Origin: Trueperaceae bacterium
Lineage (GTDB): Bacteria > Deinococcota > Deinococci > Deinococcales > Trueperaceae
NCBI GenBank assembly: GCA_034520945.1
Contig: JAXHNB010000006.1
Location: forward strand, 320,001 to 384,000
DNA length: 64,000 nt
Reading direction: 5' to 3'
The notes under the pieces are model-generated. The model ran no database searches, was not told where the DNA came from, and saw only the letters and a program-made list of their open reading frames with translations. The position numbers and the translations under genes were made by a program. Below, in pieces: positions 20,017-31,459 of the stretch. The number at the start of each line of letters is the position of its first letter. The first letter of the stretch is position 1.

Positions 20017-20219
20017 CCCTGACGATCCTCGGTGCGACCGGCAAGACCGTCGTGCGCGTACCGATGCTCACCGACGGTCCCGCCACCGGCACGCTGAGCG
20101 TCGGCATGGTCGGCCAGGGGACCGGGCCGCGCCTGGCGCGCGCCGACCTGGCGGCGTTCCTGCTCGAACAGGTCGATGACGCACGCCACGTCCGGGCCAG
20201 CCCGGCCGTGTCGAACTGA
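20013..20219 (+). pseudogene. NAD(P)-binding (flavin reductase-like atypical SDR) gene with large in-frame internal deletion
   Basis: N-terminal ILGATGKT is joined directly to C-terminal VVRVPMLTDGP...RADLAAFLL...PAVSN; only 68 aa. Confidence 0.75.
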
Positions 20220-20220
20220 C

Positions 20221-21087
20221 GTGGTCGGCACCCCGGGCGTGATCGCCGTGACCGGGCCCACCGGCAACGTCGGTGCGGAGGTCGTGCGCTCGCTTCGCGC
20301 CGCCGGCGCGCCGGTGCGGGCCCTGAGCGTCGACCCCGAGCGCGCCCGCCGCGCTCTTGGCGACGACGTCGAACACGTTCGGCTCGCGTTCGGCGACGAC
20401 GCGAGCTACGCCGGCGCCTTCCAGGGGGTACGTGCGCTGTTCCTGATGCGCCCCCCGCAGATCACCGACGTCGCTCGGCGCATCCACCCGGCGATCGACG
20501 CGGCGCGCGCGGCCGGCGTACGACGCATCGCATTCCTGTCGCTGCAAGGGGTCGAACGCAATCCGGTCGTCCCGCACTACAAGATCGAGCGGCACCTGCG
20601 ACGCTCGGGCGTGCCCACGACCATGCTGCGCCCCTCGTTCTTCATGCAGAACCTCAGCACCACCCACCGCGACGAGATCCGCGACGAGGGACGCATCTTC
20701 GTGCCCGCCGGCCGTGGCCGCACCAGCTTCGTCGACGTGCGCGACGTCGCCGCCGTCGCCGCGAAGGCGCTGCTCGAAGACGGCCACGAAGGTCGCGCGT
20801 ACGAGCTCACCGGCCGTGACGCGCTCGGCTACGCCGAGATCGCCGAGATCCTCACCGAGGTGCTGGGGCGGCCGATCACCTACGCCGACCCGTCACCGCT
20901 CGCCTTCTGGCGTCGCAGCCGCGCGCAGGGGACGCCGACCTCGTTCGTCGTGGTGATGCTCGGCCTGTACACGGTGTCCCGGCTGGGCATGGCGGCGCGC
21001 GTGACGCCCGAACTGGAGGAGCTTCTCGGCCGGCCGCCGATCTCGGTGCGGCAGTTCGTGGAGGATTATACAGCGGTGTGGGCGTGA
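20221..21087 (+). CDS. NmrA-like/SDR family oxidoreductase
   Basis: IAVTGPTGNVG, LRPSFFMQN, SFVDVRDVA and AYELTG. Confidence 0.88.
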   Translation: MVGTPGVIAVTGPTGNVGAEVVRSLRAAGAPVRALSVDPERARRALGDDVEHVRLAFGDDASYAGAFQGVRALFLMRPPQITDVARRIHPAIDAARAAGVRRIAFLSLQGVERNPVVPHYKIERHLRRSGVPTTMLRPSFFMQNLSTTHRDEIRDEGRIFVPAGRGRTSFVDVRDVAAVAAKALLEDGHEGRAYELTGRDALGYAEIAEILTEVLGRPITYADPSPLAFWRRSRAQGTPTSFVVVMLGLYTVSRLGMAARVTPELEELLGRPPISVRQFVEDYTAVWA

Positions 21088-21365
21088 GGTCCGCGCGCCA
21101 GCGTGATGTGGCCGTCGTGGGGCTGGCTCTCAGCGGTCCTCGCGCAACTGGGGAATACGGGCGAGAGGCCCGTTGCCTAACATGGCTCCATCATCCGTCA
21201 ACGACACATTTGAGACCGCTGGATCCCGTCGCACGAGGTCGATCAGACGCCCACGAAGTGCGGGTCGAGGTCGACGCGCAAGACGTTGCGTTTCGCGAAC
21301 CGTTCCTGAACGCGCTACGCGTGGGCGGACGCGTCCGCGGCACCGCTGGTATCGCGGCGGACGGC

Positions 21366-22475
21366 TCATTCCGCCGTGTCGGTCGTGGCGGCCTCGGAGA
21401 CCACCGTGCGACCACTGCCATCGGCCTTGGCGCGGTAGAGGGCGGCGTCGGACTGGCGGAGGAACGTCTGCGGGTCCGGCGGCGAGGTCGCGGTGCCGAC
21501 GAAGACCCCCGCGCTAAGGCCGATCCGGCACGACTCGCCGCCCTCCGCGGAGAGGTCGATCCGCTCGCTGCACACCGTGGTGCGGATGCGCTCCGCGGCC
21601 TCGTGGGCGTTCGCCGTGTCGCACGGGTACATGACGATCAGGAACTCGTCGCCACCAAAGCGTCCCACCGTGTCACTGGCACGACTCGCCCGCAACAGTC
21701 GCTCGGCGATCTCACGCAGCACCACGTCGCCGGCCAAGTGCCCCACCGAGTCGTTGATCTGCTTGAACTCGTCGATGTCGACGATCATCACCGCCAGCGG
21801 GCATCCCTCCCGCACGGAGCGGGCGCAGAGCGTGTCAAGGACGTCGAAGAGGGTGTCGTGGTTGGCCAGGCCGGTGAGGCCGTCGCGACTGGCGCGCGCT
21901 TCGAGCTCGCTATGGGCGCTGCGCAGCTCGTCGTGCGCTTGCTTCAGCGCCGCATTCAGGTCGTCCACCGCCCGCGCTGACAGCCGAAGCTCCATTTCGT
22001 CCATCACGACGGCGGCGAGGTCCTGCAGGATCCGGAGCTCCCGTGGCGACAGCGTACGCGGTTCCACGTCGATCGCCGCGAGCATGCCGAGGTTGTGCCC
22101 GTCACGCGTGCGCAGCGGCACTCCGGCGTAAAAGCGTAAGCCGAACTCGCCGGCGACCAGCGGATTCGTCAGCGCGCGTGGGTCGACGACCGCATCTTCC
22201 ACGACGTAGGGGACGTCCTGCAGCACCGCGGAGGCGCACAGGCCGGGATCGCGCCCGGTATCCTCGACGTCCAGCCCGTGGCTCGACTTGAACCAGATGC
22301 GATCCGTGTCCACAAGACTCACGATGCTGATCGGCACGTCGAGCAGATTCGCGACCAGCGCCGTCACGCGGTCGAACGCACCGTCGGGCGGCGTGTCGAG
22401 GATCCGGTACCGCTGCAGGGCATCGATCCGCGACCGTTCGCGCTCGCTCGACTCATGATGACCCAACGTGTCCAC
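21366..22475 (-). CDS. GAF-sensor diguanylate cyclase
   Basis: YRILDTPPDGAFDR, RFYAGVPL, DGLTGLAN and RFGGDEF; GTG start 6 nt after TACAAT. Confidence 0.92.
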   Translation of the reverse strand: MDTLGHHESSERERSRIDALQRYRILDTPPDGAFDRVTALVANLLDVPISIVSLVDTDRIWFKSSHGLDVEDTGRDPGLCASAVLQDVPYVVEDAVVDPRALTNPLVAGEFGLRFYAGVPLRTRDGHNLGMLAAIDVEPRTLSPRELRILQDLAAVVMDEMELRLSARAVDDLNAALKQAHDELRSAHSELEARASRDGLTGLANHDTLFDVLDTLCARSVREGCPLAVMIVDIDEFKQINDSVGHLAGDVVLREIAERLLRASRASDTVGRFGGDEFLIVMYPCDTANAHEAAERIRTTVCSERIDLSAEGGESCRIGLSAGVFVGTATSPPDPQTFLRQSDAALYRAKADGSGRTVVSEAATTDTAE

Positions 22476-22614
22476 GGGAGGATTGTACGCCTGGGGTCGA
22501 TCCGGTTCGGTTCGTGGTGTGGCGGGGACCCGACGTCCAAGAAGCCTCGCTTCTAGCTGTCGAGCATCACGATCCCGTTGACGAGAGCGTCGCCACGGGT
22601 GCGCCCGGCGTCGC

Positions 22615-23955
22615 TCATGTCGAACGCCTTCCCTCGGCACCGAACGGAGCGTCGATGCCCGCCGCGCTGGCGCCCGCGTCCGCTGCCACCGCCGACAGGC
22701 TCCTCAGGTCGGTCCCGCTCGGCTTCTGGTAGAGGCGCAAGCCGAACTCTGGCGCGATCGCGATGAGGTGGTCGAAGACGTCGGACTGGATCGCCTCGTA
22801 CGCGGTCCAGCGCGTGTCGGCCACGAACATGTACACCTGAAGCGGGAGCCCTTCGGGGGTCGGCTCGAGCTGCCGGACCATGAACGTGGCGTCGATCTGG
22901 ATCTCCGGGTGTGCGCGAAGCAGTCCTTCGATGTAGGCGCGGAAGGTGCCGAGGTTGGTGAGGCGCCGGGCGTTCACCTGGTGCTCCCGTGCCTCCGGGT
23001 GCTGCTCGGTCCATTCGGCGATCTCGGCGCGCTTGCGCGCGAAGTAGGGGCGAAGGACCGTGAAGCGGCGCAGGTCCTCGACTTCCGCCTCGGAGAGGAA
23101 CCGGACGGTCGCCAGGTCGATCGTCAGGCTCCGCATGATGCGGCGTCCGCCCGACGCCTGCATTCCACGCCAGTTCTTGAACGAGACGTCGAGGAAACGG
23201 TGGGCCGGGATGACGGTGAAGGTGCGGTCCCAGTTCTGGACCTTGACCGTGTTCAGCGCGATGTCGACCACCGGGCCGTCGGCGTGGAACTCCGGCATCT
23301 CGATCCAGTCGCCCACTCGGATCAGGTCGTAGCCGGTCAGCTGGATGCCGGCCACCAGGCTGAGGAGCGTGTCCCGGAACACGAGCAGCAGCACCGCCGA
23401 CACCGCGCCCAGGCCGCCGACGATCAGGAGCGGGTCGCGGCCGAGCAGGGTTGCGATCGCCACCATGATGATCAGCAGGTACGCCACCAAAACCATCGCC
23501 TGCAGGTAGCCCTTGATCGGCCGCTGGCGCGCGTCCATCCGCTGCTCGTAGACGTCGCCGATCGCCGCCAGGAACGCACCGATGGCGGAGGCGAGCACCG
23601 CCAGCATGCCGACCGCGACGCCCCGTTGCGCGGCGGTGGCGACCGCGCCGGGGAGGACCGGCAGCAGCGGCAGGCCCGCGCGCACGATCAGGAGCGGCAC
23701 CGCCCAGGCGAGGCGGCGGTAGAAGCTCCGCTCCTGCAGTGCCTCGTCCCAACGGAAGAGGGTGCGCTTGCCGAGGCGGCCCAGATACACCACCAGGTAG
23801 CGGCGCGTGAGGGCGAACGAGGCCCAGGCGGCCAAGGCCAGCGCCGCGCCGATCACGAGCGACGCCCAGCCGGGGTGGGCTTGGATCCAGGCGTCGACGG
23901 TGGTGAACCAGAGGGCGGCGTCGGGCACGATGCGGTAAGGGTATCGCGACGCCAC
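22615..23955 (-). CDS. small-conductance mechanosensitive channel (MscS/YbdG-like)
   Basis: LVFRDTLLSLVAGIQL, GDWIEMP, VKVQNWD, FKNWRGM and YEAIQSDVFDH. Confidence 0.9.
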   Translation of the reverse strand: MASRYPYRIVPDAALWFTTVDAWIQAHPGWASLVIGAALALAAWASFALTRRYLVVYLGRLGKRTLFRWDEALQERSFYRRLAWAVPLLIVRAGLPLLPVLPGAVATAAQRGVAVGMLAVLASAIGAFLAAIGDVYEQRMDARQRPIKGYLQAMVLVAYLLIIMVAIATLLGRDPLLIVGGLGAVSAVLLLVFRDTLLSLVAGIQLTGYDLIRVGDWIEMPEFHADGPVVDIALNTVKVQNWDRTFTVIPAHRFLDVSFKNWRGMQASGGRRIMRSLTIDLATVRFLSEAEVEDLRRFTVLRPYFARKRAEIAEWTEQHPEAREHQVNARRLTNLGTFRAYIEGLLRAHPEIQIDATFMVRQLEPTPEGLPLQVYMFVADTRWTAYEAIQSDVFDHLIAIAPEFGLRLYQKPSGTDLRSLSAVAADAGASAAGIDAPFGAEGRRST

Positions 23956-24086
23956 TCACGAGGGGCCGGTACGCTCGCGAGCGTCCGCACGTCGCACCCT
24001 CGTCAAGAGGGCGTCCGAAACGCAGGACGCACGCGAAGAACGAATCGGCCGAAGCGACGGTCGCCCACCCACGGAAGCGAGACGCC

Positions 24087-25265
24087 ATGAATTTCGACGA
24101 ACCGATCGATCGCAACGACGTCCCGACGATGAAGTGGAGTCGGGCGTTCCTCTCCGAATGGTTCGGAAACGAGCAAGCGATCCCGATGTCGGTCGCCGAT
24201 ATGGATTTGAAGGCACCCCCGGCGGTCATCGAGCGGCTGGAGAAGCGGGTTTCGCACGGGATCTACGGCTACGGAACGAAACCCGACAGCTTCTTCCTGG
24301 CGCTCGAGAACTGGTACCGCACCCGGCACGGCTGGGATCTGAGTCGGCGCGACCTCACAGCAAGCCCATCGATCCTGAGCGCCATTTCGATCTTGATCGA
24401 CCAGCATTCGAACGAAGGGGACGGCGTCATCGTTCAGCCCCCGGTGTTCTTCGAATTCAGATCGGCCATCCGAGGGACCAGGCGAGCGATCGTCAAGAAT
24501 CCGCTGAGGCTCGTGGACGGGCGCTACGAGATGGATTTCGACGACCTCGAAGCGAAGGCGTCGGATCCGAACACCAAGGTCATGATCCTCTGCAATCCGC
24601 ACAATCCGGTCGGTAGGGTGTGGTCGAACACGGAGCTCGCCGGCGTAGCGGAGACCTGTGCGCGCCACGACGTCTTCGTCATCGCCGATGAGATCCATGG
24701 CGACTTCGCGTTTTCGCCTCACCGGTACGTTCCCTACCTGACGGTCTCCGAAGAGGCCGCCCGCCATGGGGCCGCGTGCGTTTCAGCGGCGAAGACGTTC
24801 AACATCGCCGGCGTGGTCGACGCCATGGTGATGATCCCGAACGACCGGCACCGCGAGGCGTTCCAGGGGTTCGCTCGGCGGTTCCACATCAACAAGGGGA
24901 ACGTGTTCGCGACGGCGGCGATCGAAGCGGCGTACCGTGACGGCGCGGACTGGCTCGACGCGTTGCTGGACCATATACGAGGGAACGTCGATCTCGTCCG
25001 CGATCACGTGCAGAACCACGACATCGGCGTCGCGATGATCGAACCGGAAGGGACGTTCCTCCTCTGGTTGGATTTCAGGGGCCTCGGCTTGGACGCGAAG
25101 CAGCTCGAAACGTTCCTGGCTCGTCGAGCCGGCCTCGCGCTCGCCCCCGGGTACTGGTTCGGACGAGAAGGGGCGGGGTTCGCTCGGATGACGATCGGCT
25201 GTCCACGCCAGACCGTTCAGGACGCCCTCGACAATTTGACCGCGGCGGTCGCGGCTTCCTCCTGA
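24087..25265 (+). CDS. MalY/PatB family PLP-dependent C-S lyase
   Basis: PMSVADMDL, HGIYGY, LCNPHNPVGRVW, DEIHGD and SAAKTFNIAG. Confidence 0.9.
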   Translation: MNFDEPIDRNDVPTMKWSRAFLSEWFGNEQAIPMSVADMDLKAPPAVIERLEKRVSHGIYGYGTKPDSFFLALENWYRTRHGWDLSRRDLTASPSILSAISILIDQHSNEGDGVIVQPPVFFEFRSAIRGTRRAIVKNPLRLVDGRYEMDFDDLEAKASDPNTKVMILCNPHNPVGRVWSNTELAGVAETCARHDVFVIADEIHGDFAFSPHRYVPYLTVSEEAARHGAACVSAAKTFNIAGVVDAMVMIPNDRHREAFQGFARRFHINKGNVFATAAIEAAYRDGADWLDALLDHIRGNVDLVRDHVQNHDIGVAMIEPEGTFLLWLDFRGLGLDAKQLETFLARRAGLALAPGYWFGREGAGFARMTIGCPRQTVQDALDNLTAAVAASS

Positions 25266-25302
25266 GGGTGGGGCCGGCGCCGCTTTCGCGCATCCACGCA
25301 GC

Positions 25303-25341
25303 TTGACGCGACCGCCGCAACGTCGTACGCTTTCTCGTACG
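25303..25341 (+). promoter_or_regulatory. yefM-yoeB promoter (TTGACG-N17-TACGCT) overlapped by two CGTACG palindromes 12 bp apart (operator)
   Basis: Palindromes at 25324-25329 and 25336-25341; same layout as known yefM-yoeB operators. Confidence 0.7.
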
Positions 25342-25371
25342 CCTGCCGACGCGGCGGCGAGGAGGAGAGCC

Positions 25372-25614
25372 ATGGCCACGATCACCGCGACCGAGGCGCG
25401 CCGGCGCCTCTATCAGTTGCTCGATGAGGTGGCGGCGTCGCACGAGCCCGTGCAGATCACGGGCCGCCGTGGGAACGCGGTCCTCGTGTCAGAGGACGAC
25501 TGGCGCGCTGTGCAGGAGACGCTGTATCTGCTGTCGGTCCCCGGGATGCGGGAGTCGATACGGGATGGCATGGCCACGCCCGCAGGCGACCTCGAAGACG
25601 AACCCGGCTGGTGA
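25372..25614 (+). CDS. yefM: Phd/YefM antitoxin
   Basis: ATEARRRLYQLLDEV...AVLVSEDDWRAVQETLYLLSVPGM; strong SD. Confidence 0.92.
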   Translation: MATITATEARRRLYQLLDEVAASHEPVQITGRRGNAVLVSEDDWRAVQETLYLLSVPGMRESIRDGMATPAGDLEDEPGW

Positions 25615-25874
25615 GTTGGCGCCTGCGGTTCACCAAGCAGGCGCAGAAGGACGCTGCCAAGCTCACGGAGGCCGGCTTGCGCCCCAAGGCGGAGGCGCTT
25701 CTCGACGTGCTGCGCGAGGATCCGTTCCGGCGGCCGCCTCCGTTCGAGAAGCTCGTGGGCGACCTTCGCGGCGCGTACTCGCGCCGTATCAACCTCCAGC
25801 ATCGGCTCGTGTACGAGGTCGTCGCCGAGGAGCGCGTGGTGAAGGTCCTGAGGATGTGGACGCACTACGGGTAG
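25611..25874 (+). CDS. yoeB: Txe/YoeB toxin
   Basis: FEKLVGDLRGAYSRRINLQHRLVY...MWTHY; GTGA overlap with the antitoxin. Confidence 0.92.
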   Translation: MSWRLRFTKQAQKDAAKLTEAGLRPKAEALLDVLREDPFRRPPPFEKLVGDLRGAYSRRINLQHRLVYEVVAEERVVKVLRMWTHYG

Positions 25875-25992
25875 GCGCCATCGTGACCAAGCCCGACATG
25901 CGATCCCATGCACGATCAGCGTCCACCGGCCGACGAGAAGTCTGCCCCCGCCGCCAGATACGCGACCGCCTGGTCGAGGGTGGTTGCCCTGA

Positions 25993-26950
25993 TCAGGACA
26001 TGTGCATGGCATCGGGCACGGCATCCACGGGCCGACGCCCTCGGACCCGCGTCTGCATGAGCCGCATCATGAAGCGCACCGCCTTGCGTTCGTAGTTCGC
26101 CTCGTTGAAGGTGCCGATCAGGTACGCACCCGTGTGCGGGTGGAAGAACGCGCCGGTCACCCCCGGGTGTCCCCAGCAGTTTAGCGATTTCGGCATCAGC
26201 ATGGGCACGGTCTTGAACTGCATGAAGCCGCAGCCGTAGTCCATGCCGAAGCCGTACATCGCGCGGTCGCGCAGCATGCGGCCGAGCGTCTTCTCGCCCA
26301 CCAGCCGGTACGACGTCAGCGCCTGCATGAACGTGAGGAGGTCGCGGGCCGTCGCCACGATGCCGCCCCCGGCATGATCCAAGGCGCCATAGTTGGCATG
26401 CTCGTTCATGCGGCGGCCGCGAATCGTGAACTCCGCGATCGGGTGGCGGTAGGGCTCGAGGGGTTCGGACAGGTGCAGCATCGAGCTCTGCTTCAGGTCC
26501 GGGGGCTCGAACACGAGCGTGCGTAGGGCGTCGGGGAAGGCGGCACCCGTCACCTGCTCCACGATCATCGCCAGCAGGTGGTAGTTCGTGTCCGCGTACT
26601 GAAAGCCGTGCCCGGGTGGAAACGCGGGTCGGGTCTACTTCTTGACCCAGCGCACGACGTCTTCTGGGGCGAGGTGGCGGCCTGGATCTTCGAGCAGCAG
26701 GTCGAACAGCGGCCAGAAGCTGTCGGCGAGCCCCGAGGTGTGGCCGGGGAGGTGCGAGATCCGGAGCTCCTCGGTGTGGTCCGTACTGTCCAGCACGTGA
26801 AGGCCGCGAAGGACCGATCCGTCCAGGTGTCGCGCGATCGCTGCCGCCCTCGACCATGTGAAGGTCCATGTCGAGGTGGGCCGCATGCACCCTCAGGAAC
26901 GCGTTGCGGACCTTGGGGTCGCATCCGACCCCAAGGCGGAACTGTGAGGT
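25993..26950 (-). pseudogene. serine hydrolase (beta-lactamase family) pseudogene
   Basis: Fragments DPKVRNAFLRVH, ISHLPGHTSGLAD, PPGHGFQYADTNYHLL and WGHPGVTG; in-frame stop at 26635-26637; SxxK segment absent; 5' boundary approximate. Confidence 0.8.
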
Positions 26951-26995
26951 GATCGCAGCCTCGGCCTTCTCGCGCTACGCTTCGGGGGATCGGTG

Positions 26996-27308
26996 ACCGG
27001 TTCGAGGCATGCTCGTTCGACGTGTTCCTTCCGGTTCGCTCGCTACGGCCCGGAGGGCCACGCGTTCGTAATGGCGCTTGCACCTGGACCAAGCTGGGCC
27101 CTCTGCCAGAGGTGTTGTGACGTTCGTCACTGAAACCTAAGGTTCACGCTTCTCACGCTCATGTGAAGGATAGTCCATGAAGGGCACACACGTGCCTCGA
27201 ACGCGTTGACGTTCGTCCCGTATTTGGGCGCCTGGGGCGAACCGAGCGAGTGGCGCAACCGGTTCGAGGCCGCTCGAGCTACCGGCCCCTTCTATGCCTC
27301 GAATCGGT
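26996..27308. repeat. four copies of a 13-15-bp motif ACCGGTTCGAGGCAT in alternating orientation
   Basis: Plus 26996-27010, minus 27192-27206 (12/15), plus 27258-27270 (13 bp), minus 27294-27308 (14/15). Confidence 0.65.
27116..27131. promoter_or_regulatory. CRP/FNR-family-like box TGTGA-N6-TCACT
   Basis: tgtgacgttcgtcact; one mismatch to TGTGA-N6-TCACA; lies upstream of the GH114 gene. Confidence 0.45.
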
Positions 27309-27350
27309 ACAGGCTGCACGCAGCGCGTGCGTCTGGGTCCGGTGAGAGGT

Positions 27351-28727
<1,377 letters not shown>

Positions 28728-28770
28728 GCGCGGACGCCGCCTTCTCCGTCCAGCAGGCGCGTAGGTCGAA

Positions 28771-29682
28771 CTAGCGCGAGCTCGTGCTGGCGCTTCGCGT
28801 TGGTCGCTTCAAGACGGCGTAGGTGGTCAGCGCGATGTCGCCTTCGACGATCCGTGCCGCGACGCGCGAATCCGTGAGCACGCCGAGCTCCGCCTCGCGG
28901 TAGGCGTAGGCGTCGCGTTCGTCGCCCCGGTAGCCCGGGTGGCACACGAGCTCGGTGACGCCCTCGGGCAACGCCCCAAGAATGCGGAGCAGGCGGCGGG
29001 TCGTGGCCCGCCGCCCGTAGAAGCTGAGTTCCAGCACGTCCGGCGAGCGAGGACGGCCGTCGGCCTCTCGCACGTGCCTGCTGGCGCGGAGACGCCGCGA
29101 CAGTACCGGCGACAGCATCATCTGCCACGCGCCGCGGTGGGCCAGCGACCGCTCCAGCCCGCCGAGGGTCGAGCGGCCGCCCGCCCGGACGGGAAGGTCG
29201 TGCGTGAGGGCCAGGTCCATCATCGCGTCGCGGCAGGCGGTGCTGAACGTGCCGACCAGCTGGTGCGAGTCGAGGTGGTCGGGCAGGCGGCCGGCGAGCG
29301 CGACGAAGCGGTCGAACTGGGCGTGGACTTCGGCACGGACCTCGTGCCGGTCCCAGTGCTGCGGCACCGCCAAACCGCGGGTGACGTCGACGAACGTGCC
29401 GTCCTCCCGCACCAGGCTCGGCACCTGACGGGGCGGCAGGACGGGGCGGCCGTAGCTCAGGTCGACGTGGAGGCCGAGCCCCAGGCGGGGCGCGACCCGG
29501 AGGGCGCGCGCGATGCCGCGCTCCGACGTCGGCGCCGTCGTGATCGCCGTGGCCGAGGTGACGATGCCTCGCGCGTGCGCCTCCAGGATCCCGCGGTCGA
29601 CCGCCTCGGACATGCCGAGATCGTCGGCGTTGACGATCAGGTGGCGGGACACGTCGCGTCGTTCGCGGTCGTCATGTGGCAC
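28771..29682 (-). CDS. ChbG/HpnK (YdjC) carbohydrate deacetylase
   Basis: LIVNADDLG, GLGLHVDL, PDHLDSHQ and ELVCHPG. Confidence 0.9.
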   Translation of the reverse strand: MPHDDRERRDVSRHLIVNADDLGMSEAVDRGILEAHARGIVTSATAITTAPTSERGIARALRVAPRLGLGLHVDLSYGRPVLPPRQVPSLVREDGTFVDVTRGLAVPQHWDRHEVRAEVHAQFDRFVALAGRLPDHLDSHQLVGTFSTACRDAMMDLALTHDLPVRAGGRSTLGGLERSLAHRGAWQMMLSPVLSRRLRASRHVREADGRPRSPDVLELSFYGRRATTRRLLRILGALPEGVTELVCHPGYRGDERDAYAYREAELGVLTDSRVAARIVEGDIALTTYAVLKRPTRSASTSSR

Positions 29683-30418
29683 GCATGCGCCGGGAGAAGT
29701 CGGGATCGTCGGCGGCGGCGTTGGCGGCGTCGCGAACGGCGTGCCGTTCTCGGAGCTGATCCTCGGGAACGTCCGTGTCGATCCAGCCCTTGCGGTAGAG
29801 GACCCGGTCGGAGCGGCCGGGCATCACGTCCGCCAGGATGAACGGCGGAAAGCTGCCAGGCCGGACCTGGTTCGCGTGCTGCCGCAAGATGCTGGTGCAG
29901 TTGTGCCGCACGCTGTGGTAGCGCCGCGGTCGCTCCAAGAGGGCGTTGGCGCTGGCCAACATGTTCAGGAACAGCGCGCGGACCTCCAGCGGCGGTGTGA
30001 CCATGGGGTAGAGGTACAGTTCGTGCCCCTGGTAGCGGGTTCGGCGCAGGAAGAAGTCCCGCTCGTCCCCGAAACTGTAGGTGAGCCCGTACCGCCCCAG
30101 CAGCCCCTGGAGGATCGAGTACCGCTGGTCCTGCCGCAGGCGCGCCTCGACCGACAGGGCCAAGAAGTCGTCACTGAACTCGAAGCTGAGGAAGGTGTGC
30201 GCGATCACCGGGATCCGTGGATGGAACGGCTCGACCAGGAACCACAAGCGCTGGAGGCGCGTCAGGTCGAACCGTCGCGTCTCCCACCGCACCTGGTACG
30301 GCTGGCCGGGGGCCGGGTAGCGCGTGGCGCGTACGTTGTCGATCGTGACGCGACTGCCGTCCAGGGTGGCGCTGGGCAGCCGCGCCACGTCCGGCTTCCA
30401 GGGGGCAGCGGGGGTCAC
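29672..30418 (-). CDS. DUF4105 domain protein
   Basis: IAHTFLSFEF, LSVEAR, GDERD and YHSVRHNCTS; start approximate. Confidence 0.8.
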   Translation of the reverse strand: MTPAAPWKPDVARLPSATLDGSRVTIDNVRATRYPAPGQPYQVRWETRRFDLTRLQRLWFLVEPFHPRIPVIAHTFLSFEFSDDFLALSVEARLRQDQRYSILQGLLGRYGLTYSFGDERDFFLRRTRYQGHELYLYPMVTPPLEVRALFLNMLASANALLERPRRYHSVRHNCTSILRQHANQVRPGSFPPFILADVMPGRSDRVLYRKGWIDTDVPEDQLRERHAVRDAANAAADDPDFSRRMRAT

Positions 30419-30462
30419 GGTACGGGGCGGGTCCGACGGACGGGGCGCAGGGACGACGTCGG

Positions 30463-31314
30463 TCAGTCCTTCGGAATGATGTTCATCTCGTCGGGGTGCA
30501 TGCCGATGCGTCCCTCCTCGCCCCGGTCGAGCCCGTCCAAGGCGCGCATGGAGGCGTCGTCCAGCTCGAAGTCGAACAGCGCGAAGTTCTCGGCCATGCG
30601 CTCGGGCGACACCGACTTGGGGAAGACCACGTCGCCGCGCTGAACGTGCCAGCGCAGCACGACCTGGGCCGGCGTGCGCCCGACCGCCCGTGCCACCTCG
30701 ACGATGGCCGCCTCGTCCAGGACGCGGGCCTTGGCGATGGGCGCCCACGCTTCGGTAAGGATGCCGTGTTCCCGGTCGTAGGCGCGCACCCGCGCGTTCT
30801 GGAAGTAGGGGTGCGCCTCGACCTGGTTCACGGCCGGGGTGGTGCCGGTCTCGGCCGCCAAGCGATCCAGGTGCTCGGGCTCGAAGTTGGACACCCCGAT
30901 CGAGCGGGCGCGGCCGCTGTCGCGGAACGCCTCCATCACCCTCCAGGTGCTGATGAAATCGCCGTCGTACAGCGTGGGCAGGGGCCAGTGGATCAGGAAC
31001 AGGTCGACGTAGTCCAGGCCGAGGCGCTCCAGCGTGGCATCGAACGAGGCGCGCGCGTCGTCGGGAAGGTGGTTGCCGTTGTTCAGCTTGCTGGTGACGA
31101 ACACGTCCTCGCGCTTCACGCCGGAGGCGCGGACGGCCTCGCCCACGCCACGTTCATTCCCGTACATCTGTGCGGTGTCGATGTGGCGGTAGCCGACGTC
31201 CAGGGCGGCACCGACGGCGCGGGCGGTGTCCTCCGGGGGGATCTGGTAGGTGCCGAAGCCGAGTTGGGGGATGGTGTGGCCGTCGTTCATCGTCAGGGAA
31301 GGCACTTGGCTCAT
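30463..31314 (-). CDS. aldo/keto reductase (2,5-DKG reductase-like)
   Basis: IPQLGFGTYQ, GYRHIDTAQMYGNE, DLFLIHWP, IGVSNF and FPKS. Confidence 0.93.
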   Translation of the reverse strand: MSQVPSLTMNDGHTIPQLGFGTYQIPPEDTARAVGAALDVGYRHIDTAQMYGNERGVGEAVRASGVKREDVFVTSKLNNGNHLPDDARASFDATLERLGLDYVDLFLIHWPLPTLYDGDFISTWRVMEAFRDSGRARSIGVSNFEPEHLDRLAAETGTTPAVNQVEAHPYFQNARVRAYDREHGILTEAWAPIAKARVLDEAAIVEVARAVGRTPAQVVLRWHVQRGDVVFPKSVSPERMAENFALFDFELDDASMRALDGLDRGEEGRIGMHPDEMNIIPKD

Positions 31315-31459
31315 GGTGCTCCATTATGCGCCGTTCAGGCGGGTCGTGGGTGTCGCGCGGTGGCCACGCGGCCCGCAGGCTGGCCTGGCAAACGATGTGC
31401 CCCTCCCCGTCGTGGTTGACCACGAGGAACGTCCTTTCCGTCAAGGGCGTGCGTTGCGC

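Noticed and set aside
21088..21365. Short ORFs or RNA gene in the gap between convergent genes
   Set aside because: No recognisable motif, SD or tRNA-like structure.
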